Below, one piece after another: positions 15,266-24,612 of a stretch of DNA of 64,000 bases. The position numbers and the translations under genes were made by a program. Source of the DNA: an uncultured Solirubrobacterales bacterium (GTDB lineage Bacteria > Actinomycetota > Thermoleophilia > Solirubrobacterales > Solirubrobacteraceae); assembly GCA_963703135.1 (NCBI GenBank), contig OY969791.1, forward strand, positions 46,954 through 110,953, read 5' to 3'. Under the pieces are notes generated by a model. The model made no database searches. It was given only the letters and a program-made list of their open reading frames with translations, and had not been told where the DNA came from. Each line of letters opens with the position of its first letter. The first letter of the stretch is position 1.

Positions 15266-16522
15266 CTACAGCGTTCCGAGGTCTGCGTCGAGACTCACAA
15301 GCACGGCGCGCTGCTCCTCGTCAAGCGTCGTGCGGGCCTTGATCAAACGGCGCGCATGGTCCAGATCATCGGAGCGCCCAAACGTGAGCGCCGCGCGCAC
15401 GCGTCCCTGCTGTAGATAGAAGGTCGTGAACTTGCCCTCCTCGTAGGAGCCGCGCACGAGCTCCTCGTCCCACTCGTAGGCGGGACCCACGTACTCCAGC
15501 TCGCCCCAATCGCCGAGCACCGAATAAAAATAGGGGACGACCTCGTGGGGCACGTCTCCGCCGAGCATGTTCAAAGCGGCGGTCTTGCCGTGGTTGAAGG
15601 CCACGTCCCAGTGCTCGATGCGCACATGAGTGTCGTGTATCGGCGAGTCGTACTCGGCGATGTCCCCGGCCGCGAAAATCCCCGGCGCCGAGGTCTCAAG
15701 GCGCGAGGAGCAGACCACGCCGCCCCGCTCGCCGATCTCAAGACCGGCGCGCTTGGCCAAGGCCACGTCCGGCGTGACGCCGGCGCCCACGACCACCGCT
15801 TCGGCCGGCAGTTCCAGGCCGGCGCTCGTCACGACCTTGCCCACGCGCCCCTCCCGGCCGGGGCGCTCCTCAGCCTCGAAGCGCTCGAGCTCGTCGGAGC
15901 CGATCACCTCGATTCCATGCGATTCGAGCAGTCCTTGAAAGAAGCGTCCCGCGCGCTTGCCGAAACCTCGTTCCAAGGTCGCCTGCTCCTGCATCACGAT
16001 CGTCGCCCGCTTGCCCATCAAGGTCAGCGAGGCGGCGACCTCGCAGCCGATGTAGGAGCCGCCGATCAGCACCACCCGCTCGGCGTCGGCGACACCCTCG
16101 CGGATCGCATCGGCGTTGCCGAGCGTGCGCAGGTAGTGGATCTGATCTAGCTCGCAGCCAGGCACGTTCAGGCGGCGCACATTGGCCCCGGTCGCGATCA
16201 AGGCCTTCTCGAAGCGCAATTCCTGCTTGTCGGAGAGCTTGACCGTGCGCGACTCCAAGTCCAAGGACATCGCGCTCGTGCGCCTCAGCAGCTCGACTTT
16301 CTGCTCTGCCCACCAGTCCTCGGGTCTGAACAGCGGCTCCTCGCGACTCTCCTCGCCGCGCAGATAGCCCTTCGAGCACTCCGGCCGGTTGTACGGCGAG
16401 TCGGGCTCGCGTCCCACGAGCACGATCTCCCCCTCGGCGCCGGACTCTCGCAGCCAGCGCGCGCAGTTGGCCGACGCCAAGCCGCCACCGATCAGCAGAA
16501 ACTCCACCTCGCGCGTGCTCAT
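15266..16522 (-). CDS. FAD/NAD(P)-dependent oxidoreductase, ferredoxin-reductase (pyridine nucleotide-disulfide oxidoreductase) family
   Basis: MSTREVEFLLIGGGLASANCARWLRESG (FAD fold), VVLIGGSYIGCEVAASL (NAD fold) and GIFAAGDIAEY are present. ATG at 16522. The gene starts 14 nt after the stop of the CwlT-like gene. Confidence 0.85.
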   Translation of the reverse strand: MSTREVEFLLIGGGLASANCARWLRESGAEGEIVLVGREPDSPYNRPECSKGYLRGEESREEPLFRPEDWWAEQKVELLRRTSAMSLDLESRTVKLSDKQELRFEKALIATGANVRRLNVPGCELDQIHYLRTLGNADAIREGVADAERVVLIGGSYIGCEVAASLTLMGKRATIVMQEQATLERGFGKRAGRFFQGLLESHGIEVIGSDELERFEAEERPGREGRVGKVVTSAGLELPAEAVVVGAGVTPDVALAKRAGLEIGERGGVVCSSRLETSAPGIFAAGDIAEYDSPIHDTHVRIEHWDVAFNHGKTAALNMLGGDVPHEVVPYFYSVLGDWGELEYVGPAYEWDEELVRGSYEEGKFTTFYLQQGRVRAALTFGRSDDLDHARRLIKARTTLDEEQRAVLVSLDADLGTL

Positions 16523-16536
16523 TCTTGATTGCCACC

Positions 16537-17763
16537 TTACAACCCCGGCGGATGCCTGACCGACCAGTGCGCCCAAGTCGGGATGCGATCCAAGATGCGC
16601 CAGCGGGGTCCGTCTTGGTCGCGATTGGGCCCCACGTCGGTGCCGTTGTGGGAGGTGTCCAAGCGCAGGCCCGCGATAGTCATGAACACGTGGGCCGTGG
16701 GAGCGTCGGTGGCGTAGATCGTGACCCAGCGGCCGGGCCCCGGCGCACCCCAGTGCACGTAGTCCTGGGCCAGCGGGTTCTCACGCAAAATTTCTCCGAT
16801 CGGGCGCACCCCTGAGCGGTACAGCACGAAGTTGACGGTGCTCGAGCAGTCCTCGTCCAGGGCGCCCCTCGGGTCTGGATGGCCGTCGGGCCCATACGGC
16901 AGTTCCTGTAGCTCGTTACCCGCGATCACCATCGCCTGCACGACACTCGGCGCACCTTCGGGCACGAGCGCCACATGGCCGTCGCCGGGCGAGAGCACCG
17001 CTTGTTCGCCCGCCGTGAACTGAACGTCGCCCACGCCGGGCCATTCGCCGATCGACACTTCCCGCCCGGACGTCGTGCCGAGGGGCGCGGATCCTCGGTA
17101 CAGCGAGGCCCAATGCTCGACCTCCTGCACGTACCAATTCGCGTGGTTGTAGGCGAATATCGCCTGCTTGTAGTCGCCCGGCGCACCCGCGGCGCGCAGA
17201 TAGTTGGCCATCGAGAAGATCGCGTCGGCCGCGTCCCAGCGATCGGCCCGCCCGTCGCCGTCGCCGTCCACCCCGTACTCCCGCCAGGTCGAAGCCAGGA
17301 ACTGAGCGGGCCCGCCCGCGCCGGCCGAGTTGACCGCACCCTCCCTGGTGCAGGACGGATCGGGGTCGCGCCCGTGGTCGCACTCCACCTTGCCGATCCC
17401 GGCCAAGATCGCCCAGTCCAAGCCGTAGCGCCGCGCCGCTTCGGTGTAGAGCCTCAGGTATTCGGGTGGGATTTCCGCGCGCGCCCTGGCCGAGGGCCCA
17501 TATTCGCCGCCGCTGCCGCCCCGCGATTCCGTCGTGAGTCCGACGGTCACACCGACCATCGCGGCGCTTGCGATCAAAACGACCAAGCCCACGCCCACAA
17601 CGATCAGCAACCCCAGGACGAGACGCGCACCGAGACCGTGCCACGTGCGCTGCGAGCCCCGTCCCCGGGAACCGCGCACGCCCGGCTCGAGGATCGCCCC
17701 GGCATTCACTCGGACGCTCCCGGCTCTCGCGGCTTCCCCGGCCCTCGCGAATGCGTCTCCCAC
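16537..17763 (-). CDS. Two-domain cell-wall hydrolase (lytic transglycosylase/SLT-like plus NlpC/P60-like), CwlT/TcpG/VirB1 analogue
   Basis: N-terminal membrane anchor LVLGLLIVVGVGLVVLIASAAMV. The SLT-like block is YGLDWAILAGIGKVECDHG..AGGPAQFLASTWREYG..YNHANWYV. The C-terminal DEDCSSTVNFVLYRSG..AHVFMTIAG provides a Cys/His pair. Start uncertain, as the ORF overlaps the upstream gene by 58 nt. Confidence 0.75.
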   Translation of the reverse strand: MGDAFARAGEAARAGSVRVNAGAILEPGVRGSRGRGSQRTWHGLGARLVLGLLIVVGVGLVVLIASAAMVGVTVGLTTESRGGSGGEYGPSARARAEIPPEYLRLYTEAARRYGLDWAILAGIGKVECDHGRDPDPSCTREGAVNSAGAGGPAQFLASTWREYGVDGDGDGRADRWDAADAIFSMANYLRAAGAPGDYKQAIFAYNHANWYVQEVEHWASLYRGSAPLGTTSGREVSIGEWPGVGDVQFTAGEQAVLSPGDGHVALVPEGAPSVVQAMVIAGNELQELPYGPDGHPDPRGALDEDCSSTVNFVLYRSGVRPIGEILRENPLAQDYVHWGAPGPGRWVTIYATDAPTAHVFMTIAGLRLDTSHNGTDVGPNRDQDGPRWRILDRIPTWAHWSVRHPPGL

Positions 17764-20306
17764 CCCAACTGGCGCTTGCGCCTGGCCGCAACCTCACGGG
17801 CATCGTCCATCACGCTCGAGCGTTGCGACTCGGGCCGCACGCCAACGGGGACACGATCGATCTGGGCGGCGCTCACGGGAAAGCTGCTCGGAGGCCGGCC
17901 GGCCGGCGCCTCTCGCCCGCTCCGCCTCGCGTGTCCAGTCTGCGCCGCTCGCCCAGCCTGCCCGGTTCGCGCCGCCTGCCCGCCTTGCGCGGTCTGCACA
18001 GGGATGCCCGACGGCGGGGTCGATCGACCCGCGTGCTTGGCCAAGCTTGCGGCCGAAGCGATCTCGACTGCGTCCACCTCAGGATCGACCATCCCCAAGG
18101 CAAGCAGTCGGTGGCGCGCGTGCTCGCGGTCGACCCGCTGCTCGCGAACGCCGAGCTTCGCCGCCCTGCGCGTGTCCCCGTTCGCTAGCGCCTTCTGGCG
18201 CTCGCACCGCAACCGCTCCATGCGATGCCCGTGAGCCATCGATTCCACTCCGCCGGAGGACCCCGCCTTTGCCGGCGCCGCCTCGACGCCGGCCTGCGGG
18301 CCGCTCGATCGGCGCCTACCGGGAAGCGATGCGCCGGCCGGTCGCCGACTCTTGCGGTGTCGCTTACGTTCGCCTGAGATGCCGTCCGCGCCAGCTTCCC
18401 TCTCGCCGGCCTCGTCGGCCCCTCTTCGCTTGTCCGCGCCGAAGCCCTCGTCGCGTCCCCGCGACCGGGAACCCGAACCGGGGGAGGAGCCGCCGCCAGT
18501 GTTCCCTTGCACGGTCGCGGGAGGCTTCGTCGGCGAGCCGACAAGAGGCTCGACCTCAGGTGGGGGCTGCCTGCGCTTTCTGTGCTCGGCAATCGGCTTC
18601 GTCAGCCTGTTGCGCGTCTCCAACGCCTCCCCCATGCGCCGAGCCATCGAACGATGCGGCGGCTGAGGGTGTCTGCGGCTTGCCTCGGCGGCCCACCCGA
18701 GCGTCTGATGGCGCTTGAGGAAGATGCCCCACCAGAAGGCCGAAATCAGAAGCCATTGCACCCACCACCCCAGGATCGTGAGGCTCAACAGCAACTTCAT
18801 CATCATCAACACGACGCCCAGCAGAAACGAATAGGTGAGCTTGGCGATCAGCGCCTCCAACAACTTCAAGGCCCAGCCGCGAAAGGCCGAGCGGCCGCCG
18901 TCGCCGAGCGCCGGCGCCAGGACCGCGGCGGGCGCCAGCAATAGGAAGAACAGCCCCACCACCGCGGCGCCCAGCAACCGCAACGCCAGGAATCCCAACA
19001 GCAACAACATTCCCAAAGCGCCCAGCCAGATCGCGAACAGGCCGATCACGCGTGAGCCCGTGCCCTTCTGCGAGCGGAATTCGGCCTGCGCCGAGGTTGG
19101 GCCCCGACAGGCGTCGGCCGAATCGCCGCCGCCGCAAAGAACGTTGAGCAGCGTGCCCGCTTTCGTGGAGGAGTTGCGAGCCGCTTCATTGGCGGGGAGC
19201 GCCAGGAACAGCTCTCCGTTGGTCTGCGCTTCTCGCAACAGCGCCGCGCTCGCAAACAGCGTTCGTGACCCCTGACCCGCCCCTGCCGGGCAGCCGTCCC
19301 GGCATCCGCTCTTGGCTTCCTCGCTCTTGGCGATCCTCAGGCCGGCTGTGCGCAAGGCGCCGTCCAGCTGACCTGTGTCCTCACACCATCCAACGTCGCC
19401 GAACTCCAAGTAGCACCACGGCGTCGCAACGACACTGCCGAAGACCACCTGCATGCTGTCGGCCAGCGTGCGATCCGCGTGCTCGGGACTCCCGCTCGCA
19501 ACGGCCGCCATCGTGCCGAGTCCGGCCTGGTTGGTCCATTGCTCGACCGCCCCGACCGTGCCCGCCGGCTCGGCCATCACCCACAGGCCGCCCGCCATCA
19601 TTGCGAACATCGCCAGCGCCTGGCCGAGCGTCTCCGCGACCTGACGCCTGACCAGGCCGTGATACACGACCAAGACCGAGGCGATCGCGAGCACGATCGC
19701 GAGCCACGGTTCGGTGAAGCTCATACGCGCGTTGCGCAACGCTCCCGTCACCTGACTCAGCAGCGCCCCGCTCAACAGATCAAGCGAATAGCACCACTCG
19801 AACATCACCACCAGTCCGTGCGTGGCCGCCACGAGCGCCAGCCAGCCATACTGAGCGAAATCGTCGATCGTCGCCGACATGTCGTTGCCCCACTTGCCGA
19901 CGCCCGTGTCGATGTTCACGTCGAAGGCGTAATCGTTGGTCGGATCGGGTGCCGCCACGAAGCTGTCCGTTTCACAACTGCGCCGCTGAGCCGCCGAAAG
20001 GCCGCTCGGTTCGCGACACAGGGGGCTGTCCAAGCCGTTGCCGGCAAGCGGATCGCCGCCGCTCGCGGGCGCCGAGGCCGAGGCTTCAGCGCCGTGCGGG
20101 CTTCCTGAGCCGAGCACCGGCCCGCCAGGTGCGCGCGGGGCGCCCCTGTCGGTGCTCGTCGTCGGGCGCACGGCCGCAAGCGCACGCGCGGGAGCGCCAC
20201 GCGCGGGAGCCCCCGGCAGCACAAGCGCGGCCGCCGCAACCGTCGCAAACGCACGAGCGAGCAGCCGCGAAGATGACACGCACCCGGCGCCCAACGCCCT
20301 TGACAC
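17706..20306 (-). CDS. Polytopic membrane protein, VirB6/TrbL/ConG/TcpH-like, with a ~336-aa basic disordered C-terminal tail
   Basis: Signal-like N-terminus, the block DYAFDVNIDTGVGKWGNDMSATIDDFAQYGWLALV, and at least 6 TM segments up to residue ~530. An Arg/Gly/Ser/Pro-rich tail follows. The GTG start lies 2 nt after the VirB4-like stop. Confidence 0.65.
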   Translation of the reverse strand: MSRALGAGCVSSSRLLARAFATVAAAALVLPGAPARGAPARALAAVRPTTSTDRGAPRAPGGPVLGSGSPHGAEASASAPASGGDPLAGNGLDSPLCREPSGLSAAQRRSCETDSFVAAPDPTNDYAFDVNIDTGVGKWGNDMSATIDDFAQYGWLALVAATHGLVVMFEWCYSLDLLSGALLSQVTGALRNARMSFTEPWLAIVLAIASVLVVYHGLVRRQVAETLGQALAMFAMMAGGLWVMAEPAGTVGAVEQWTNQAGLGTMAAVASGSPEHADRTLADSMQVVFGSVVATPWCYLEFGDVGWCEDTGQLDGALRTAGLRIAKSEEAKSGCRDGCPAGAGQGSRTLFASAALLREAQTNGELFLALPANEAARNSSTKAGTLLNVLCGGGDSADACRGPTSAQAEFRSQKGTGSRVIGLFAIWLGALGMLLLLGFLALRLLGAAVVGLFFLLLAPAAVLAPALGDGGRSAFRGWALKLLEALIAKLTYSFLLGVVLMMMKLLLSLTILGWWVQWLLISAFWWGIFLKRHQTLGWAAEASRRHPQPPHRSMARRMGEALETRNRLTKPIAEHRKRRQPPPEVEPLVGSPTKPPATVQGNTGGGSSPGSGSRSRGRDEGFGADKRRGADEAGEREAGADGISGERKRHRKSRRPAGASLPGRRRSSGPQAGVEAAPAKAGSSGGVESMAHGHRMERLRCERQKALANGDTRRAAKLGVREQRVDREHARHRLLALGMVDPEVDAVEIASAASLAKHAGRSTPPSGIPVQTAQGGQAARTGQAGRAAQTGHARRSGREAPAGRPPSSFPVSAAQIDRVPVGVRPESQRSSVMDDAREVAARRKRQLGWETHSRGPGKPREPGASE

Positions 20307-20308
20307 GC

Positions 20309-22777
20309 TTACGCTCCGGACACTTGCGGCGTGGTCGAGAAGGCACGCAACAAAGACGGCACCACGACCTCGACCTGGATCGCCTCGACGCGTCCGCGGT
20401 GATCGCGAAACAAACAGCGTCCCGCCTCGAATTCGAGCAGGCGCTCACGGGCGCGACGATCCTCGGGATCCAACCCCAGCAGGGTCAGCGCGCGCGAGGC
20501 CTCGAGCTCCGAACGCATACCGAACACGAATGTCGCCCCAAGCAGATTCTCAAGCGATTCACGCTCGCCGACCAAGGCGTCGGTGACCAATTGCGTGCTG
20601 ATGATCGGGACCGCCAGCTCGGAGCGACCCATGCGCTGCAACGAGGCCAGCAGCGTGCGTCCGACCGGGTCGCCCAAGAGCCGCCATCCCTCGTCGAATG
20701 AGAACAACTTCAAGCGTTCGCGCTCGCTCGACATCAGATGTGTGGCGAACATCGCGATCAGGCGCACTATCTGCTGACCGACACGCTCGGCCTGGGTGTA
20801 CTCCGAGCGCGGCGTGCCCGGCTCGGGCCCCGGCAAGTCGCGGATCGGCAGATAGGTGACCTGCGCTTGGCCGACAGGCGCCAACTTCGTGCTCGGATCG
20901 GCAAAGCCCAACTGGGTGAGCCCTGAGCGCGCATAGATCTCGAGCGTCTTTGCGACTTGTCTGTCGACCTCGTCGCCTGAGGCGAGCGCCCGCACCACCT
21001 CCAAGCAGGTCGGCTGGCGCGAGCGGCCCAGCACGCGATCCACTCCGCCGAGAATCGCCGTCTCCCAAGAGGGATCTGCCCGCCCCGGCAGCAGGTCACA
21101 CAAGAAGGAGACCGTCGCGTCGTGGCGCAAATGTTCGGGCGCCACTCTCAGCGGATCGAGCATTCCCCGCAGGGCGGGGTCTGGGCGCAAGGCGATCGTC
21201 TCGGTGTGGGGAGCGACCTCCTCCAAGAGGTGAAAGCGATGGTCGCCCTTCGGATCGCAATCGATCACCCGGGCGCCGCCCAGAAAAGCCTCGTACTTGA
21301 GCTTCTGGGCGAGCGTCGTCTTGCCCGATCCGAGCGCCCCGACGCTGAGGATCGTCGTGTTTCGATCGCTCTCCGAGCCCTCGCGCAAGTTCAAGCGCAC
21401 CGCGTGGCGCGAGCCGGAGAGCGTGTGACCCAGGTAATAGCCTCGCCGCGAGCCGACGGCATGTGTGGCTGTCGGCATCGCCGCCGCGACCTGCTCGAGC
21501 GTGAGGGTGTCCTCATAGCCGGCGACACGTGTGCGCTGGGCCGGAAGGTGCTGGAGAAACAGCTCCAACTGGTCGCCGAGCGGTCGGTGCAGGCGGATCT
21601 CACCGTAGGCGCGCCGGCAGAGCTCCACCCGCTCGGAGAGCTCCTGCTCGCTTCCCGCTCCGATCGCGATCGCGAGCGTCGCCTTCAGCAACGGCGGGCG
21701 ACTGGAGGCCTGTAGGTAGGCGAGCAGGTCGCGGGCCTCCTGGGTGCGCTGGTAGCCCAGGTCTGAGACGCCCTGCTCGCCGTCGGACTCGGCCCTTGCG
21801 ATCTGGTCGGCGTCCTGAACCCGACGGCGCGCCACACGCAGCGCGAGCTCGTTGGGCAAGAAGCGGGCGTTCAGCGAAAGGTCGACGTCGAAGGGCAGGC
21901 TTTCGACGGGAGCGAACATCAGCTCCACCCGCGCACCGGGAAACGAAGCCTGCTCGGGAAGTGCGCCCAGCACGAGCAGCGCCTGCCAGCTCTCGCCCAA
22001 CTCGGACTCGATTCGCAGCGAGCGCCCGCGATGTTCGACATAGCCGTCCATCCAGCGCGTCACGTCGCCCTCCAAGGGGGCCAACAGCGCCTCGCCGTTG
22101 CGTTCGAACACGAGTGCCCGCGGCTCGTGCAGGCCGTCGAGCACGGGCTCGCCGAGCCCTCGGCAAAACGCGCGACGCACGAGCCACTGCAGCTCCACGC
22201 CTCGTGCCGGTCGCACCGAGAGAAAATCCTCCAGTCGAGCGTGAGCCCGGTCGGCGCGGACGCGCACGCTCTCCAGCTCGGACGCTTTCAAAACTCCGCC
22301 CTCGCGGGCAAAAAGAGCGCCTCTCAGGGACTGAAACCACTCGCGGGGATGGCGCTCGACGGCGCGGGAGACATACGAGGCGACGTCCCGCTCGGGGTCG
22401 CGCAAGCTGACGAGCAGAAACAGGGAAGGCTCTGCCCCGCGGACCTGCTCCAGACGTTGTGCGTGCTCGGCGAGATAGCGCTCGCGGGCGCTCCCGTGCG
22501 CGCCCGGCGCGGCCGTCTCCTCCAGATCGGCCAGGTACCCGTCCACATCCCAAGGCTTGGCCACACGCACGATCTGGACATCCGCTTCGATCGCGTCGAG
22601 CGCACCCAGCAGCGCAAGCAACCGGCTGCGCTTGGCCTCCTCGGAGAGCCACTCATAGGAGGCGGTCTGAACCGCGAATGCCGCCCACGGGTCGTTCAGG
22701 CCCGAGGCGAAAACACAGTTCCCATAGACAAAGGAGATGGGAGGGCGCAGTTCAACGCACCCCCACGCGTGTTCCAC
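20309..22777 (-). CDS. VirB4/ConE/TcpF-type type IV secretion ATPase
   Basis: 822 aa. Walker A is ILSVGALGSGKTTLAQKL and Walker B-like is RLKLFSFDEGWRLLGD. It sits between the VirB3-like and VirB6-like genes, as in Gram-positive conjugation modules. Confidence 0.8.
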   Translation of the reverse strand: MEHAWGCVELRPPISFVYGNCVFASGLNDPWAAFAVQTASYEWLSEEAKRSRLLALLGALDAIEADVQIVRVAKPWDVDGYLADLEETAAPGAHGSARERYLAEHAQRLEQVRGAEPSLFLLVSLRDPERDVASYVSRAVERHPREWFQSLRGALFAREGGVLKASELESVRVRADRAHARLEDFLSVRPARGVELQWLVRRAFCRGLGEPVLDGLHEPRALVFERNGEALLAPLEGDVTRWMDGYVEHRGRSLRIESELGESWQALLVLGALPEQASFPGARVELMFAPVESLPFDVDLSLNARFLPNELALRVARRRVQDADQIARAESDGEQGVSDLGYQRTQEARDLLAYLQASSRPPLLKATLAIAIGAGSEQELSERVELCRRAYGEIRLHRPLGDQLELFLQHLPAQRTRVAGYEDTLTLEQVAAAMPTATHAVGSRRGYYLGHTLSGSRHAVRLNLREGSESDRNTTILSVGALGSGKTTLAQKLKYEAFLGGARVIDCDPKGDHRFHLLEEVAPHTETIALRPDPALRGMLDPLRVAPEHLRHDATVSFLCDLLPGRADPSWETAILGGVDRVLGRSRQPTCLEVVRALASGDEVDRQVAKTLEIYARSGLTQLGFADPSTKLAPVGQAQVTYLPIRDLPGPEPGTPRSEYTQAERVGQQIVRLIAMFATHLMSSERERLKLFSFDEGWRLLGDPVGRTLLASLQRMGRSELAVPIISTQLVTDALVGERESLENLLGATFVFGMRSELEASRALTLLGLDPEDRRARERLLEFEAGRCLFRDHRGRVEAIQVEVVVPSLLRAFSTTPQVSGA

Positions 22778-23360
22778 GTCCCAGAGCGATCACCTGGCCT
22801 TTGGCGAGCGTTCCCCGGGAAGGCAATTCGCCGATCGTCATCTCCGGTCGACCGAGCAAACGCCCGACGGCGCCCACGCGCCACTCCAAGCGTCGGTGAG
22901 CAACCGTCACAAGGACGGCTCCGGGACCGGAGTAGCGGAACCTGCGCAGGCGCGCGTCCGAGCCATCGGGGAGATACAGCAGAGGCGGCGCGTACCAGCG
23001 CTGTCCGGCTTTGAAGCACTCGCTCGAACGACACACCCGCAGGCCGGCCAGATGACGCGGCCCGCACGCGAAGCCAAGCAGCGCGCGAAGCGTCAGATGA
23101 GCAGGCCTTCCCTCGATCCGGATCATCGTCAATATCGCCGCGGCGCCGCCGGGCAATCCCAGATCGCGGATGTACCAAGGCGCGAGCTTGACGATCGCGC
23201 CGAGCAGCGGCAGCGCACCGATCGCAACGATCAGGGCGACCAGCCCCAGGAAATAGACGATGCCCCGCAAGGGCACACCGCCGGGGTTGAGGCGCAGCCG
23301 GTCGATGCGGTAGATGCGACGCTCGAGGTCGAACACCCTCCGGTAGGAGCGGATTTCCAT
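22752..23360 (-). CDS. TcpE/PrgI/ConD (VirB3-like) family membrane protein
   Basis: MEIRSYRRVFDLERRIYRIDRLRLNPGGVPLRGIVYFLGLVALIVAIGALPLLG matches the TcpE-type pattern (Y..F....RIY.ID followed by two TM helices). It lies immediately upstream of the VirB4-like gene. Confidence 0.6.
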   Translation of the reverse strand: MEIRSYRRVFDLERRIYRIDRLRLNPGGVPLRGIVYFLGLVALIVAIGALPLLGAIVKLAPWYIRDLGLPGGAAAILTMIRIEGRPAHLTLRALLGFACGPRHLAGLRVCRSSECFKAGQRWYAPPLLYLPDGSDARLRRFRYSGPGAVLVTVAHRRLEWRVGAVGRLLGRPEMTIGELPSRGTLAKGQVIALGRGTRVGVR

Positions 23361-23405
23361 GGGATTGGCTTTGCGAGGACTCAGGGCGGGCGCCCTTCGG
23401 CCGGC

Positions 23406-23684
23406 TCAGGACGCCCCGAACAGGGAATTGACGGTGTCGTGCAGGACGTTCACCCCGGCCGGCGTGGCGAGCAGGATCGCAAGCAGACCGATCGCGAAGA
23501 TGCCTGCCGCCTCCTTGAAGTCTCGTCTGAAGGCGAGCACGATCGAGGCGATCGCGAAGCCCAGCGCGATCAGGCTCATCGCGACCTTGCGCCCGGTCTC
23601 GCCGGCCTTGGTGGCCGCCGATTCAAGCGAGGCTCCTCCTTCGCTTGCCGCCATCAGTGCGTGAATCGTGTGCAGCGTGTGCAT
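23406..23684 (-). CDS. Small two-TM membrane protein (ConC / VirB2-like position)
   Basis: 92 aa with two hydrophobic helices (VAMSLIALGFAIASIVLAF, GIFAIGLLAILLATPAG). A strong SD (AAGGAG) lies 7 nt upstream of the ATG. Confidence 0.6.
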   Translation of the reverse strand: MHTLHTIHALMAASEGGASLESAATKAGETGRKVAMSLIALGFAIASIVLAFRRDFKEAAGIFAIGLLAILLATPAGVNVLHDTVNSLFGAS

Positions 23685-23750
23685 TGCAACTCCTTCGCTT
23701 TGGTGTTTGTGAAATCGATTGGTAGGCGCGTGGAGAAAGCCGCGGCAGAC

Positions 23751-24608
23751 CTAGCCGTCGGGATCTGTCTGGATGGCCGCTATCTCCCAGCGGCCCGCTC
23801 GGGAGACCACGTCGAGTTCGTAGGCGAGCGTGTATGTGGCGCCGCGCCCGTCGCGGGCGCGGACCTGTGCGACCACGGCGCGCCCGGCGGCGCTCCAGGC
23901 GAGACTGTCGAGGGTCTGCATGCTCAGCGCCGCCCCCGGCAGTGAGACGTGCGCGCCGGCGAGCAGATCGGCGTCGAGCTCCGAGCCCGCGCCCGCCAGG
24001 TAGTTGCGCAACGCCCGCTTGACCACGGTCGCAAGCGGCGCGTTTTCCACTTCTGGCAATTCGCGCGCGGACGCGGCGCCGGTCCAGGCCGGCGCTCCGA
24101 CCAGCGCGGGATACCCGGCGAGCGCCAGGCTGCCGTCTGGACCGCGCTCGACGGCGACGGTCAGATAGAGAAGACCGTCGCTGTCTGTCTGCGCCGCGAC
24201 CGTGTAGAGGCGATCGCCGGCCGGGGCGAATCGTGCTTGGACCACTTCGCTCCACAGCACCCGCTGCTCGCCCCGTTCGGGCGGTTGCAAGCCCGCTTCG
24301 GTTTCCATCGAGGCGTTCAGATAAGGCGCGAGCGCACGCCTCCGAGCTTCGAGGTCGCTGGAGTTCCAGCTGAGATAGACGCGGGCAAAGAGAGACGCGA
24401 AGCCTTCGGCGGCCCGGTCCAGCGGCACCCCGCTCGATAGCGCCGCATGAGGGCTCGGAGGCTTGGGTGGAGCGATCGCATAGCGCGCGCTCGCGAGCAG
24501 TCCGAGAGCCGCCGCGCCCTGAACGAGGATGCGCGGCAGGCTGCCGGCCAGGCGTATCCGCCACAGCGGGCGGGGCGTGAGCTTGACCGATGCGTGCGGA
24601 GCGCTCAC
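23751..24608 (-). CDS. TcpC/ConB (VirB8-like) family conjugal-transfer-type protein
   Basis: N-terminal TM (ILVQGAAALGLLASARYAI) followed by two repeated NTF2-like halves (FASLFARVYLSWNSSD.. and VVKRALRNYLAGAGSELD..), as in TcpC-family proteins. Confidence 0.6.
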   Translation of the reverse strand: MSAPHASVKLTPRPLWRIRLAGSLPRILVQGAAALGLLASARYAIAPPKPPSPHAALSSGVPLDRAAEGFASLFARVYLSWNSSDLEARRRALAPYLNASMETEAGLQPPERGEQRVLWSEVVQARFAPAGDRLYTVAAQTDSDGLLYLTVAVERGPDGSLALAGYPALVGAPAWTGAASARELPEVENAPLATVVKRALRNYLAGAGSELDADLLAGAHVSLPGAALSMQTLDSLAWSAAGRAVVAQVRARDGRGATYTLAYELDVVSRAGRWEIAAIQTDPDG

Positions 24609-24612
24609 GAGT

